Below, one piece after another: positions 39,966-50,234 of a stretch of DNA of 64,000 nucleotides. This DNA is from Marinicella sp. (lineage in GTDB: Bacteria > Pseudomonadota > Gammaproteobacteria > Xanthomonadales > Marinicellaceae): contig OZ246001.1 of NCBI GenBank assembly GCA_965230295.1, positions 320,001 through 384,000 of the forward strand, given 5' to 3'. The notes below the pieces were generated by a model. It was not told the DNA's origin and searched no databases. It saw nothing but the letters and a program-made list of their open reading frames with translations. Position 1 is the first letter of the stretch, and every line of letters starts with the position of its first letter. Position numbers and translations under genes: made by a program.

Positions 39966-42149
39966 TTATAAACTTTCTTTAATAATTGTTGGAGTCACAA
40001 ATATCAATAACTCCGCCTTGTCATCTTGTATAGCTTTATTTCGGAATAGCCCACCTATACCAGGAATGTCACCTAAAACAGGAACTTTAGACTTGGTGGT
40101 TCTTCTGATTTGCTCATAAATCCCACCCAGAACAACAGTTTGTCCATTATTCACCAACACCCTGGTTTCTACAGAACGGGTATCAATAGATGGAATGCTG
40201 CCGCCTAATGAAGTTGACACCTCTTGACCGATGGCATCTTGATCAACTTTTAATGTTAAGTCAACCCTTTCATCAGGTGTAATCAGAGGAACAACACTCA
40301 AAGACAAAACAGCATCTCTGAATGTGATTGACGTGGCTCCACTTGAAGTGGCTTGTTCATATGGGATTTGTACACCTTGTTTTATGACAGCTTGAGATTG
40401 ATTGGCTGTTATGACCCTTGGAGAAGAAATGACTTCACCACGGTCTTCGGACTCTAATGCGGACAATTCCAAATCCAGCAAAAAGTCTGCAGCCAATATA
40501 CTGGCAGCCCATCTCCCAGCCGTTGAAGAAGCTGATGGTAAGTTAACATTCAAGCGTTCACCTAAAGGTGGGCCAGCAATTACTTCAGCCAATTCGCTGT
40601 CAGGTGTCAATGTTGGCAAACCAGATCCACTGGGTGATGTATACCTTCTGTTCAAAGCAGCATTATTGAGTCTGTCAACAGCAATGGCACTACCACCTGT
40701 ACTGATGATGTTGCCGTATTTGTCTTCATGCGAACCTGTGACACCAAATCGGACACCCAGTTCATCACCAAACCTTTCTGAAGCCACCACAATTCTTGAT
40801 TCTATTTGTACTTGTTGTACAGAGCGGTCTAATGTCGCCACTAAATCCTGAATAATAATTAATCGATCTGGCACATCATTGACTAATAAAGTATTGGTTC
40901 TTTCATCAAACGCTACAGAACCACGATCAGACAACAAAGTATTGCCAGATCCTTCACCAGCTTCACCACCCGAACCGCTGATCAATTGTGCCAATTCTTC
41001 TGCTTTGGCATAGTTAACCTGGATAAAAATGTTGTCTAGTGGCTCCAACTCTTCCTTTTTACTCAAGGCTTCAAGTTTTTCTTGTTCTCTGGCTGCAATC
41101 TCAGCTGCAGGTGCAACCCAAATCACATTACCACGGCGTCTTTGATCTAATTGCTTACTTTGTAAAACTATATCAAGTGCCTGGTCCCATGGCACATCAT
41201 TTAACCTCAATGTCACATTTCCAACCACATTATCAGCCACTACAATGTTGAGCTGAGAGGCATCAGCAATCAATTGAATCACAGATCTGACCGGGATGTC
41301 TTGGAAGTTAAACCCAACCAAATTACCTGTATAAACAGGCTCATCATCAATCAATTTTGAGCTGTTAGCCAAATCTTGATCAACTTCACTGATCTCAATT
41401 GTATATTGATTACCTGTTTGATAAACAACCTTATCAAAAGGACCTGATACTTCCACATCTATTTTGACATCTGTTCCAGATTGTCTGGCATCAACAAAAG
41501 TAACGGGTGTGGCAAAGTCAATCACGTCCATTTTCTTATCCATCGCTTCGGATAATTGGCTGTTGGCAATTTCTATGGTTACTTTTCCTAAAGTTTCACT
41601 GTAATTGATGACTGCATCAGTATTCGAAAATCCGACTTGGACAACACCTTGTCCATCCGCACCTCTTCTGAAATCAACCATATTAACTTCAGTGACACCC
41701 GCAACTCGAGTTCTGGTGATGTCTCTTTCACTCATTAATGACACACTGACCACATTGTTATTGACACTGATTTCGTGTTTCATTTGATTCATTAAATCAA
41801 TAACAACTCTGGTTTTATCATTACTTGAAACGACGCGCAATCCTTTGGCTCCGCCAGTACCAATGGCCATATTTCTTTTACTGCTACCATTCATGGTCTG
41901 GGAAAAGTCTAAGGCCAACCTCGGTGGTAAATTTGTTGAAAAAACTTCAGGCTGGACAACAGCATCACTGAACTTGAAATCTACGATAACACTTCCATTA
42001 GCCCCTGTTCTTATATCAATGTCCTCAATTGTTGACTGGGCAAATGATTGATTGATAACAAAGAAACAAAACAAACAGAATGTCACTAGTTTTTTGTTCA
42101 CTGTATTCAAAGTTAAATTATTCATTTTCATAAATTCACTCACATTCAT
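39966..42149 (-). CDS. pilQ: Type IV pilus secretin PilQ
   Basis: AMIN domains, NFQDIPVR, VPWDQALD, SSPRVIT, KVPVLGDIPGIGGLFR. Confidence 0.97.
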   Translation of the reverse strand: MNVSEFMKMNNLTLNTVNKKLVTFCLFCFFVINQSFAQSTIEDIDIRTGANGSVIVDFKFSDAVVQPEVFSTNLPPRLALDFSQTMNGSSKRNMAIGTGGAKGLRVVSSNDKTRVVIDLMNQMKHEISVNNNVVSVSLMSERDITRTRVAGVTEVNMVDFRRGADGQGVVQVGFSNTDAVINYSETLGKVTIEIANSQLSEAMDKKMDVIDFATPVTFVDARQSGTDVKIDVEVSGPFDKVVYQTGNQYTIEISEVDQDLANSSKLIDDEPVYTGNLVGFNFQDIPVRSVIQLIADASQLNIVVADNVVGNVTLRLNDVPWDQALDIVLQSKQLDQRRRGNVIWVAPAAEIAAREQEKLEALSKKEELEPLDNIFIQVNYAKAEELAQLISGSGGEAGEGSGNTLLSDRGSVAFDERTNTLLVNDVPDRLIIIQDLVATLDRSVQQVQIESRIVVASERFGDELGVRFGVTGSHEDKYGNIISTGGSAIAVDRLNNAALNRRYTSPSGSGLPTLTPDSELAEVIAGPPLGERLNVNLPSASSTAGRWAASILAADFLLDLELSALESEDRGEVISSPRVITANQSQAVIKQGVQIPYEQATSSGATSITFRDAVLSLSVVPLITPDERVDLTLKVDQDAIGQEVSTSLGGSIPSIDTRSVETRVLVNNGQTVVLGGIYEQIRRTTKSKVPVLGDIPGIGGLFRNKAIQDDKAELLIFVTPTIIKESL

Positions 42150-42667
42150 TCTTCTTTCAAAGCCATTGCTGCATTGCGTTCACGCCATGCGCCTAAGCCG
42201 TCATTAATCCATTCTTGAATTTGGATTTCATTTTCATAAATTGCCAATACCTGACCGTGGTTGTGGCCCAAATAATGGCCTTGGGACACACGGTGTAAGG
42301 TTCCTTCTGGGTCAACAACTATGGCCCAATAATCATTTTCTTGTTGATATGTTCCTACCATCAACAAACTATCTAATGGATAAGACTCTAAAAATTCTTT
42401 TCTACGTGTTAAATCTGGGCCTCTGCCATCTTCTGTAATAGCCAATGCAGCTTGTTCAACTTCATCAGCCACTTCCAAATCATTTGAAAATGGATCTCTA
42501 GATGCATTGGCATTGTATTCAAACACTTCATGCGGCTTGAGCTGTGGTAAAGGGTCAATGGGTTTGACTGGTTTGGTTTTTTGATGGGCAATGAATTCAT
42601 TCAAATCATCAAAACCATTGTTACAACCCATTAAAAACAGAAACATCAAAATAACTGAATTTCTCAT
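42146..42667 (-). CDS. pilP: Type IV pilus lipoprotein PilP
   Basis: Lipobox LMGC, RDPF, RRKEFLESYPLDSL. Confidence 0.95.
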   Translation of the reverse strand: MRNSVILMFLFLMGCNNGFDDLNEFIAHQKTKPVKPIDPLPQLKPHEVFEYNANASRDPFSNDLEVADEVEQAALAITEDGRGPDLTRRKEFLESYPLDSLLMVGTYQQENDYWAIVVDPEGTLHRVSQGHYLGHNHGQVLAIYENEIQIQEWINDGLGAWRERNAAMALKEE

Positions 42668-43302
42668 TTCTTAGCTCCTGCACCTTGGTCGACGCTTGAC
42701 ATCTCTTCGTCATCTAGATAACGGTAAGTTTTGGCCGTCCCTTCAAGCAGCAATCGTCCACCCAACAGTGAATCGCCTAAAGGTTTTAATGAAATGTCAT
42801 GCATGGTCAGTATCACCACCCTGGGTAATGAAGCCACACCACTCACAAAATCACCAAATTCATGGTAGTTACCTTTCATTTTTAAACTGATGGGTTTTTC
42901 TGCATAAAAATCCTTGACAGCTTCTGCACCAGGTTCAAATAGTTCGTTTTCAATACCACTGGCCAATGCAGTTTGTGAGACATCAACAATCAAATCAGAC
43001 ATCTCATTTTTGCTGGGCAATTGTCTGAGCATTGATTGAAGAATGATCTCCATTTCTTCCAATTGTTCTTTATATGCATCAAGCTGAGCTGCTTTTTGAT
43101 ATTTATACGAGTATGTGTTTTTTAAGTCATTCTCGGTTTTTTGTAAGCCTTCTAAGCTGGTGATCATGTCTTTTACAAACATGAAATAGCCCCCAACCAA
43201 TATCAAAATTGCCAACGCAACCACCGATGCCACTTTAATTGATGTAGGCCAGCCCCCTGGATTACTCGTATCTAAACTATTAATTTCATCAATAAAACTC
43301 AT
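42664..43302 (-). CDS. pilO: Type IV pilus protein PilO
   Basis: LRQLPSKNEM, FYAEKPI, FVSGVASLPRVV. Confidence 0.96.
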   Translation of the reverse strand: MSFIDEINSLDTSNPGGWPTSIKVASVVALAILILVGGYFMFVKDMITSLEGLQKTENDLKNTYSYKYQKAAQLDAYKEQLEEMEIILQSMLRQLPSKNEMSDLIVDVSQTALASGIENELFEPGAEAVKDFYAEKPISLKMKGNYHEFGDFVSGVASLPRVVILTMHDISLKPLGDSLLGGRLLLEGTAKTYRYLDDEEMSSVDQGAGAKK

Positions 43303-43877
43303 GACACTTCCTCAACATCAGTATCTTTCTTACGATTTGGGTTTACTAAACGAACACTCAATTTAAATTTTTGCTCATGTGTTCCCAAAGTACTATCTGC
43401 TTTGATGTAATCTAACTCGATTTTTGAAAACCACTCTGAATCATCCAAACGTCTCATATAATCGGAAACCCTAGAATGGGACTGAGAATACCCTTCCATC
43501 GAAATTCTGGTTCCTTGTTGGGTTATTTTTTCTAAAAATACGCCATTTGGAATGGTTTTTACCAACTCATCAAACAAATGAACCATTTGTGTCCTGTTGG
43601 CTTGCAATTCCTCTATCACTTGTTGTCGAGCTATTAAACTTGCTTTTTTAGCTTCTAACTTTTCGATTTCTAAAATCTGTTGATCTAATTTGGTGATCTC
43701 AGTGGTCAAAAAAGAGTTCCTTTGATTCTGAAACTTGATACTTTGATCAAAGTAGTAATAAGCCAATCCAAAAACCACCAGTGCGAAACCAGCAGACAAC
43801 GCCAGCAGCAGATAATACTCTTTGGTTTGTTGTTGGCGCCTTTCTTCACGCCAGGGCAATAAATTAATCTTAGCCAT
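43299..43877 (-). CDS. pilN: Type IV pilus protein PilN
   Basis: MAKINLLPWREERR start. Confidence 0.96.
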   Translation of the reverse strand: MAKINLLPWREERRQQQTKEYYLLLALSAGFALVVFGLAYYYFDQSIKFQNQRNSFLTTEITKLDQQILEIEKLEAKKASLIARQQVIEELQANRTQMVHLFDELVKTIPNGVFLEKITQQGTRISMEGYSQSHSRVSDYMRRLDDSEWFSKIELDYIKADSTLGTHEQKFKLSVRLVNPNRKKDTDVEEVS

Positions 43878-43878
43878 A

Positions 43879-44955
43879 TTAATCAAAATTCCTCAGTGCT
43901 AATCCCACCACCGACATCATTGCCGGGGCATCCGCCTCAAGTGCTTCATGACTGACTTTTGACGAAAGTTTAAAATTGTGTACAGGATTGATTATTTCGG
44001 TAGGCACACCCACTTGATCTTCTACCAATGCATCTATTTCTGGTATGGATGCACAACCTCCACCCAATAAAATTCTATCCACATTACCAAATTCAGTTGC
44101 CGAAAAGAAAAACTGCAATGCCCTGCTCACTTGTTGAACCAACGTGTCCTTAAAGGACTGCAATACTTCTGACTCGTAACTTTCTGGCAACCCACCTTGT
44201 CGTTTAGCCAATCCAGCTTCTTCATAAGAAAGACCGTACCTTTGCATAATCTCCTCAGTCAGTTGTTTGCCACCAAATGATTGTTCTCGACTGTATATAC
44301 CAGTTCGTTTATGCATGGCGTGCATGGTCATGGTATTGGCACCAATATCAAACAATGCCACCACTTCTTCATCGTTGATTTCGTATTGCTCTCTGACCAG
44401 GTTAAAACACCTTTCTATGGCAAATGCTTCAACATCAACCACTTTTAAATCCAAACCAGCACCTTCAAAAGCCTCAATAAAAACATCGACATTTTCCGAT
44501 CTAGAACTCGCAATCAGTACGTTACTGACTTCTTCATTCCCTTCTACCGGGCCCAATACACAAAAATCCAAACTGACTTCATCAATTGGATAAGGAATGT
44601 ATTGTGTGGCATCCAATTCAAGCTGAGCTTCGAGCTCTTCATCTGTTAGCTCACTTGGCATTTGAATGATTTTGGTAATTACAGCAGAGCCAGATACGGC
44701 AGTTGATGCACCTTTTATCTTGATGCCTGCTTTATTGACCGCTTTACTGATGGCAGCCGACACCAAATCGACTTCAGCAATGTTGTTATCCACAACGGCA
44801 TTTACAGAAAGAGGTTCGACTGCGTATCTTTCTACCTTTAAGTTATCTAGACTACCTGACAGCTGTAATATCTTGACTGCTGATGAACTGACATCAACCC
44901 CGATTAACTGAACTTTATTTCTACCTAACAATTGCAAAACTATCTCTCTCTTCAA
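43879..44955 (-). CDS. pilM: Type IV pilus protein PilM (start uncertain)
   Basis: IGVDVSSSAVK, YIPYPIDEV, VDVEAFA, FGGKQLTEEI. Confidence 0.96.
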   Translation of the reverse strand: MKREIVLQLLGRNKVQLIGVDVSSSAVKILQLSGSLDNLKVERYAVEPLSVNAVVDNNIAEVDLVSAAISKAVNKAGIKIKGASTAVSGSAVITKIIQMPSELTDEELEAQLELDATQYIPYPIDEVSLDFCVLGPVEGNEEVSNVLIASSRSENVDVFIEAFEGAGLDLKVVDVEAFAIERCFNLVREQYEINDEEVVALFDIGANTMTMHAMHKRTGIYSREQSFGGKQLTEEIMQRYGLSYEEAGLAKRQGGLPESYESEVLQSFKDTLVQQVSRALQFFFSATEFGNVDRILLGGGCASIPEIDALVEDQVGVPTEIINPVHNFKLSSKVSHEALEADAPAMMSVVGLALRNFD

Positions 44956-45015
44956 TAATTGCTATATATGTTCTTCTTACTTGCAACCATTACACACATT
45001 CATCAATTTCAAATC

Positions 45016-45031
45016 TGTGCCACTAATCACA
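45016..45031. promoter_or_regulatory. CRP/Vfr/Clp-type box upstream of pilM
   Basis: TGTGC-N6-TCACA, one mismatch to TGTGA-N6-TCACA, AT-rich flanks. Confidence 0.55.
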
Positions 45032-45209
45032 ATTTACATCAATACTTTACTTTTTTTAAGAAGACAATGCAAGAATAACCTTTAAAGTACTGAATAATCA
45101 AGATATATTTAAAAAATAATACCAGAATGTGGGCATCAAGAAGTTGCGTGTCAAAGTCTGGACGACTAAATAGTTCGAATCTCACGAGGGATTATTGTGT
45201 GCGGAAGAA

Positions 45210-45286
45210 TGGTGGGCCTGGTAGGACTCGAACCTACGACCAATGGATTATGAGTCCACTGCTCTAACCAACTGAGCTACAGGCCC
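45210..45286 (-). tRNA. tRNA with CAT anticodon, most likely tRNA-Ile2 (lysidine)
   Basis: GGGCCTG acceptor (C4/C5), GTGGA-CTCATAA-TCCAT anticodon arm, CCA end; lacks initiator features. Confidence 0.9.
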
Positions 45287-45349
45287 TGAAATGTAGCAGC
45301 GCATTATAACTGATGAAAAATGGGACTGCACCAATTTATTTGTCTTGAT

Positions 45350-45952
45350 TTACGCATCGATCATTGCCTGATAGAAGTGAAACATTCGGGTTGCATTAAG
45401 TGCCAATTCTTGCAAGCCCTGATTGTTCGCAATGACATCTGTGGCCAGTAACAATCGCTCCTCACGTGACAACTGGGAGTCTATGATGGCTTGCGCTGCA
45501 ACCTCATCTAATTGATCTCTATTTTGGATGCGTGATAACTGTATGGATTCATCCACATCAATGACCAAAACCCGATCAAAGGTTATTCTCGTCGAATGCT
45601 CGCTATACAAGGGAATGACCCACAATTCCATTGGCAAATGATTCATGATTGAAGCCTGCTCAGCGGCTTCCCAAATCAATGGATGCAAAATACCATTTAC
45701 GGTTTTTCTCTTATCATCATCAGAAAAAATCAATTGTTTTAAATGCCTGCGATTGAGTTCACCGTCAGACAATAATATTTGATCACCAAACGCATCAACC
45801 AATTGAGACAACCCCGCCGAACCTGGCTCCACCACATGTCTGGCCAGTATGTCCGTGTCAATGATGCAGGCACCCAACGTGGCAAAATGGTCTGAAACAA
45901 ACGTTTTACCTGATGCAATACCACCGGTTAAACACACTTTGAGTTTATTCAC
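45350..45952 (-). CDS. coaE: Dephospho-CoA kinase
   Basis: LTGGIASGKT, IIDTD, ILHPLI; follows pilD. Confidence 0.95.
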   Translation of the reverse strand: MNKLKVCLTGGIASGKTFVSDHFATLGACIIDTDILARHVVEPGSAGLSQLVDAFGDQILLSDGELNRRHLKQLIFSDDDKRKTVNGILHPLIWEAAEQASIMNHLPMELWVIPLYSEHSTRITFDRVLVIDVDESIQLSRIQNRDQLDEVAAQAIIDSQLSREERLLLATDVIANNQGLQELALNATRMFHFYQAMIDA

Positions 45953-46810
45953 TTACAGTCCAGGAAAGAGGTAAGCAAGGATTTGTGCACCAAACACATA
46001 GCTAACAAAGATACCAATGGACAGGTACGGCCCGAATGGTATTTTATTTTGACCTTTCTTCATGGCAGCTTGAGCCAATGCAAAGATCAACCCACTGATT
46101 GAAGCAATGAATAACACTGCGATCAACAATTCCGGGCCCAACCATGCGCCACCAGCAGCCAACAGTTTAAAATCCCCATAACCCATGCCTTCTTTGCCAG
46201 TCAACAATTTGAACAAATGGAAAACCAGCCACAAGGATAAATACCCCACCAAAGCGCCTTGAATCGCTTGGACAGGTGTTATAGAAAACTCAAATAAACT
46301 GAAAAACAAACCCAGCCACAACAATGGCAGGCTTAACTGATCAGGTATTAAAAATGTATCAAAATCAATCCAGGTAATTGCAATCAAAAACCACAACAAC
46401 AAACAGGCAGCCAACAGCGCTAAACCAAACCCCAATTGATAAGCCAGAGCAGCAGTTAACAACGCAGTGAGCAGTTCAATAAATGGATAGCGGAATGATA
46501 TGCCCTTGCCACAAAAATGACATTTACCACGCAACAATAGATAACTGAGAACCGGTATGTTGTGCCATGCCGACAACTGATTTTTACATTGCGGACAATG
46601 CGAACGGGTCAGTGCTATGCCAGGTGGTTGCTTTTCCTTAAATTCATTTTCATTGAACTCAGCAAACTCTTTTTTCCAGTTGTATTCCATCAATGGTGGC
46701 AAGCGCAGTATGACCACGTTGAGAAAACTACCCACCAGAAGGCCAAATACAAATGCAACTACATTCAATAATAACGGGTACTGGTCAAATACCGCTGATA
46801 ACTCTGTCAC
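45953..46810 (-). CDS. pilD: Prepilin peptidase/N-methyltransferase
   Basis: GSFLNVVILRLP, two CxxC motifs, EGMGYGDFKL, PFGPYL; GTG 46810 preferred as start. Confidence 0.96.
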   Translation of the reverse strand: MTELSAVFDQYPLLLNVVAFVFGLLVGSFLNVVILRLPPLMEYNWKKEFAEFNENEFKEKQPPGIALTRSHCPQCKNQLSAWHNIPVLSYLLLRGKCHFCGKGISFRYPFIELLTALLTAALAYQLGFGLALLAACLLLWFLIAITWIDFDTFLIPDQLSLPLLWLGLFFSLFEFSITPVQAIQGALVGYLSLWLVFHLFKLLTGKEGMGYGDFKLLAAGGAWLGPELLIAVLFIASISGLIFALAQAAMKKGQNKIPFGPYLSIGIFVSYVFGAQILAYLFPGL

Positions 46811-46811
46811 T

Positions 46812-48035
46812 TTAAAATACAGATGCCATTTTAAAGATCGGCAAGTACATGGCAACAACCATCACACCCACCAAACCACCAACCAAAACCATGATGATTG
46901 GCTCCAACAAACTACTCAAGGCATCCACCGCATTGGAAACTTCCTGCTCATAATAGTCTGCCACTTTAGCCAGCATCGCATCTAAATTACCCGATTCCTC
47001 ACCAATGGCAGCCATTTGTATCACCATATGTGGAAATAAATTGGCTTGACTCATGGCCAATTGCAGTTGATGACCTGTAGATACATCGTCTTTAATTTGC
47101 AAGACAGCATCTCTGAAGACCACATTACCCACTGCGCCAGAAACCGTATCCAAACCTTCAACCAAAGGAACACCCGCAGCAAAAGTGGTCGATAATGTGC
47201 GAGCAAAACGTGCCACAGCTGCATCAAATAAAATACCGCCGACAATAGGAATCTTTAATGACAGCCGATCCAATGCATGGGCAAATTTCAGCGACCTTTT
47301 TTTCAATTGTGAAAAGCCAACCACGATACCAACCAAGACACCAATCACAATCAACCAGTATTCTTGCATGGTTTTAGAGGCATTGACCACCATCAAAGTC
47401 AGCCCTGGTAAATCTGCACCAAAACTGGCAAACATACTTTGGAATTCTGGCACCACCTTCACCAACAATAAAATGGTCACACCGACGGCAACAAACAAAA
47501 CAGCAGCCGGATAAAACATGGCCTTCTTAATTTTACCCTTGATCTCCTCAGTCCGCTCTTTATAGGTGGCGATGGTATCTAACAACTCATCCAGCACACC
47601 TGCTTTTTCTCCGGCATTGACCAAGTTGCAATACAACTCATCAAAATACAGTGGATGCCGACCTAAAGATTCAGCCAATGAAGACCCTGATTGAATTTCA
47701 GTTTTCACTTCATTCAATAACTTGGCCATTCTTGGGTTGGTTTGCCCGCCCTCAATAATCTCAAAGGCTTGTACCATTGGCACTCCGGACTCCATCATGG
47801 TTGCCAGCTGCCTACTGAATAAAGCAATGTCTTGTGGTTTGATGGCCTTACCACCATCGAATAATGATTTCCTTTTTTTATAAATCTTTTTGACTTGAAT
47901 GCCTTGGCGTCTCAATTCATTTTTCGCCAAAGTCGTTGATTTGGCTTGCTGAACGCCTTTCAGCTTTTTACCAATTTTATCAACACCAACCCATTCAAAG
48001 GATTGCAATTCATCAATTTTTTGTGCTTTTGCCAT
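46812..48035 (-). CDS. pilC: Type IV pilus platform protein PilC
   Basis: FSRQLATM, AGEKAGVL, KAMFYP, IGEESG, AMYLPIF. Confidence 0.97.
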   Translation of the reverse strand: MAKAQKIDELQSFEWVGVDKIGKKLKGVQQAKSTTLAKNELRRQGIQVKKIYKKRKSLFDGGKAIKPQDIALFSRQLATMMESGVPMVQAFEIIEGGQTNPRMAKLLNEVKTEIQSGSSLAESLGRHPLYFDELYCNLVNAGEKAGVLDELLDTIATYKERTEEIKGKIKKAMFYPAAVLFVAVGVTILLLVKVVPEFQSMFASFGADLPGLTLMVVNASKTMQEYWLIVIGVLVGIVVGFSQLKKRSLKFAHALDRLSLKIPIVGGILFDAAVARFARTLSTTFAAGVPLVEGLDTVSGAVGNVVFRDAVLQIKDDVSTGHQLQLAMSQANLFPHMVIQMAAIGEESGNLDAMLAKVADYYEQEVSNAVDALSSLLEPIIMVLVGGLVGVMVVAMYLPIFKMASVF

Positions 48036-48040
48036 AATTT

Positions 48041-49750
48041 TTAATCCACAGTTACACGATTGGCCTCAACCAAACCAGTGATGCCGTTTTTAACTTTTAA
48101 CAATGCTGACTTTCTCAGGTTTGCGATCCCGTCATTTTCAGCTGCTTCGGCAATATCCAATGAATTGCCGCCCTCTAAAATAATTTTCTTGATGCCGTCG
48201 GTAATGGGCATGACTTCATATATACCCACCCGGCCTTTATAACCTTCGTTACACTTAGGACACCCAACCGGATCAAATATAGTTGCACTTTCTAATTCTT
48301 CTTCAGCAAAGCCAGCTTGAATCAAAGCCTCTTTACTCAGCTCTGTGGGCTTCTTGCAGTCACACAACCGCCTGGCCAACCTTTGCGCAATGATGATAGA
48401 TACGGCGGAAACCACGTTGAATGGCGCCACCCCCATATTCACCAAACGACTCACCGTTTCGGGTGCATTGTTGGTGTGCAAGGTTGACAACACCATGTGA
48501 CCAGTTTGTGCCGCTTTGATGGCAATTTCTGCCGTTTCCAAATCCCGAATCTCACCGACCATGATCACATCAGGGTCTTGGCGCAGGAATGACCGCAGTG
48601 CCGCAGAGAATGTCATCCCTTGTTTGGCATTTTGCTGCACCTGATTGATGCCATCAACCCGGATTTCTACAGGATCCTCTGCCGTTGAAATGTTTCTGCC
48701 TTCGGTATTCAGTATGTTCAATGCAGTATACAGCGAAACCGTTTTACCACTACCCGTAGGACCTGTTACCAACACCATGCCATAGGGCTTGACGATGGCA
48801 TCCATAAATAGTTTTTTCTGATCGTCTTCATAACCCAGCTTGTCAATACCCATTTTAGCTGCTGATGCATCCAAAATACGCATCACAATCTTTTCACCAA
48901 ATAAAGTTGGGCAGGTACTTAAACGAAAATCGATTGAATTGTTCTTGGATAAATTCAATTTAACACGACCGTCTTGGGGCACCCTTTTTTCAGCAATATC
49001 CAGTTTTGACATGACCTTCAGTCTTGAAGCTATTTTCTGTGTCATGTTCTTGGGCGGTTTGATCATGGTCTTAAGCATACCGTCAATACGATAACGTACA
49101 CGGTAAGTCTTTTCATAAGGTTCGAAATGTATATCAGAAGCACCACGCTTAATGGCGTCCAAAAGTACTTTATTGACCAGTTTTACAGCTGGTGAGTCAG
49201 CCAGGTCTTCAACAGCATCAGAACTGTCAGCATATTCGTCTTCATCATCGTATTCTAAATTCTCAAGCCCTTCATCGCCCAAATCATCCATCACTGAAGA
49301 AGCTTCTTTCAGTGCTTCTTCAATGGCGCTGAGTAGTCCGTCATGCCTGACTAAAATCGGTTCAACCGCTAAATTGGTGTGGAACCTCACTTCTTCTAAT
49401 GCCCGAACATTGGTGGGATCAGAAATTCCGATAAAGACTTTTTTACCTCTGACAAACAAGGGTAAAACCTGATGTTTCTCGACCAAGTTATCAGACACCA
49501 AGCCCATGGGTAATTGAGCCATGTCCATGGCATTAACATCCAAGACAGGCACACCATATTCATTTGATGCCGCGTCACACAAATCGCTGGCATCAACCAG
49601 GTTGTTATCAGTCAGGTAAGCAAACAATGGAATTTTCTGCTTTCTGGCCGTTTCATTGGCTTCAGCAGCTACTTCCATGTCAATCAAGCCATTTTGCACC
49701 AATCGACGCAAAGCACCACTGACCATAGTTTTAGTACTAGTTACACTCAT
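48041..49750 (-). CDS. pilB: Type IV pilus assembly ATPase PilB
   Basis: ASDIHFEP, GPTGSGKTVSLY, TAEDPVE, LRQDPD, GHMVLSTLH. Confidence 0.97.
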   Translation of the reverse strand: MSVTSTKTMVSGALRRLVQNGLIDMEVAAEANETARKQKIPLFAYLTDNNLVDASDLCDAASNEYGVPVLDVNAMDMAQLPMGLVSDNLVEKHQVLPLFVRGKKVFIGISDPTNVRALEEVRFHTNLAVEPILVRHDGLLSAIEEALKEASSVMDDLGDEGLENLEYDDEDEYADSSDAVEDLADSPAVKLVNKVLLDAIKRGASDIHFEPYEKTYRVRYRIDGMLKTMIKPPKNMTQKIASRLKVMSKLDIAEKRVPQDGRVKLNLSKNNSIDFRLSTCPTLFGEKIVMRILDASAAKMGIDKLGYEDDQKKLFMDAIVKPYGMVLVTGPTGSGKTVSLYTALNILNTEGRNISTAEDPVEIRVDGINQVQQNAKQGMTFSAALRSFLRQDPDVIMVGEIRDLETAEIAIKAAQTGHMVLSTLHTNNAPETVSRLVNMGVAPFNVVSAVSIIIAQRLARRLCDCKKPTELSKEALIQAGFAEEELESATIFDPVGCPKCNEGYKGRVGIYEVMPITDGIKKIILEGGNSLDIAEAAENDGIANLRKSALLKVKNGITGLVEANRVTVD

Positions 49751-50046
49751 ATGTCACTTTTTATAAAGTTAAAATACATACCACATACAACAATACTTTA
49801 CCTGAAAATATCAATTGATTACAACTATTTAGCAACTTCATTTTAAGGATTTTGCAAAACAGCTACTCGCGACAGCCAAGACTTCAACTTAATCTGTACC
49901 CGATGTCCCACACCAGTCCAGCTTCAACAATCAGAAATTCTTGGGCATGTCAGTAAATAAAATCCAAATCTTTGCCTTTGGCCCAACAGCCATAAACAAC
50001 ATTGAAACAAGCCTTTCTCAATTATATGCAATCGTGCTTTGGTAAC

Positions 50047-50062
50047 TGCGAACACATTCACA
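50047..50062. promoter_or_regulatory. CRP/Vfr/Clp-type box in the pilB-sucC divergent intergenic region
   Basis: TGCGA-ACACAT-TCACA. Confidence 0.5.
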
Positions 50063-50234
50063 TTAACAGCCATCCAAAGTATTCCGATATAGAATTTCAA
50101 CGCTTGATTCTGCCCCCACTATCGGCAATCTTTCCACCATGCAAAATCACACATAAATTCACACAAAACACGGCTTGTTTCAGCTAAAATACAGCGCGAC
50201 TTTGAACTATATCAATTAACCAGGAATAGACAAT

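Noticed and set aside
45210-45286. tRNA-Met assignment
   Set aside because: No C1:A72 mismatch or GGG/CCC anticodon stem of an initiator; the acceptor stem resembles Ile2.
49751-50234. pilA or pilRS remnant between pilB and sucC
   Set aside because: No prepilin G-F-T-L-I-E motif or two-component fragments in the short ORFs there.
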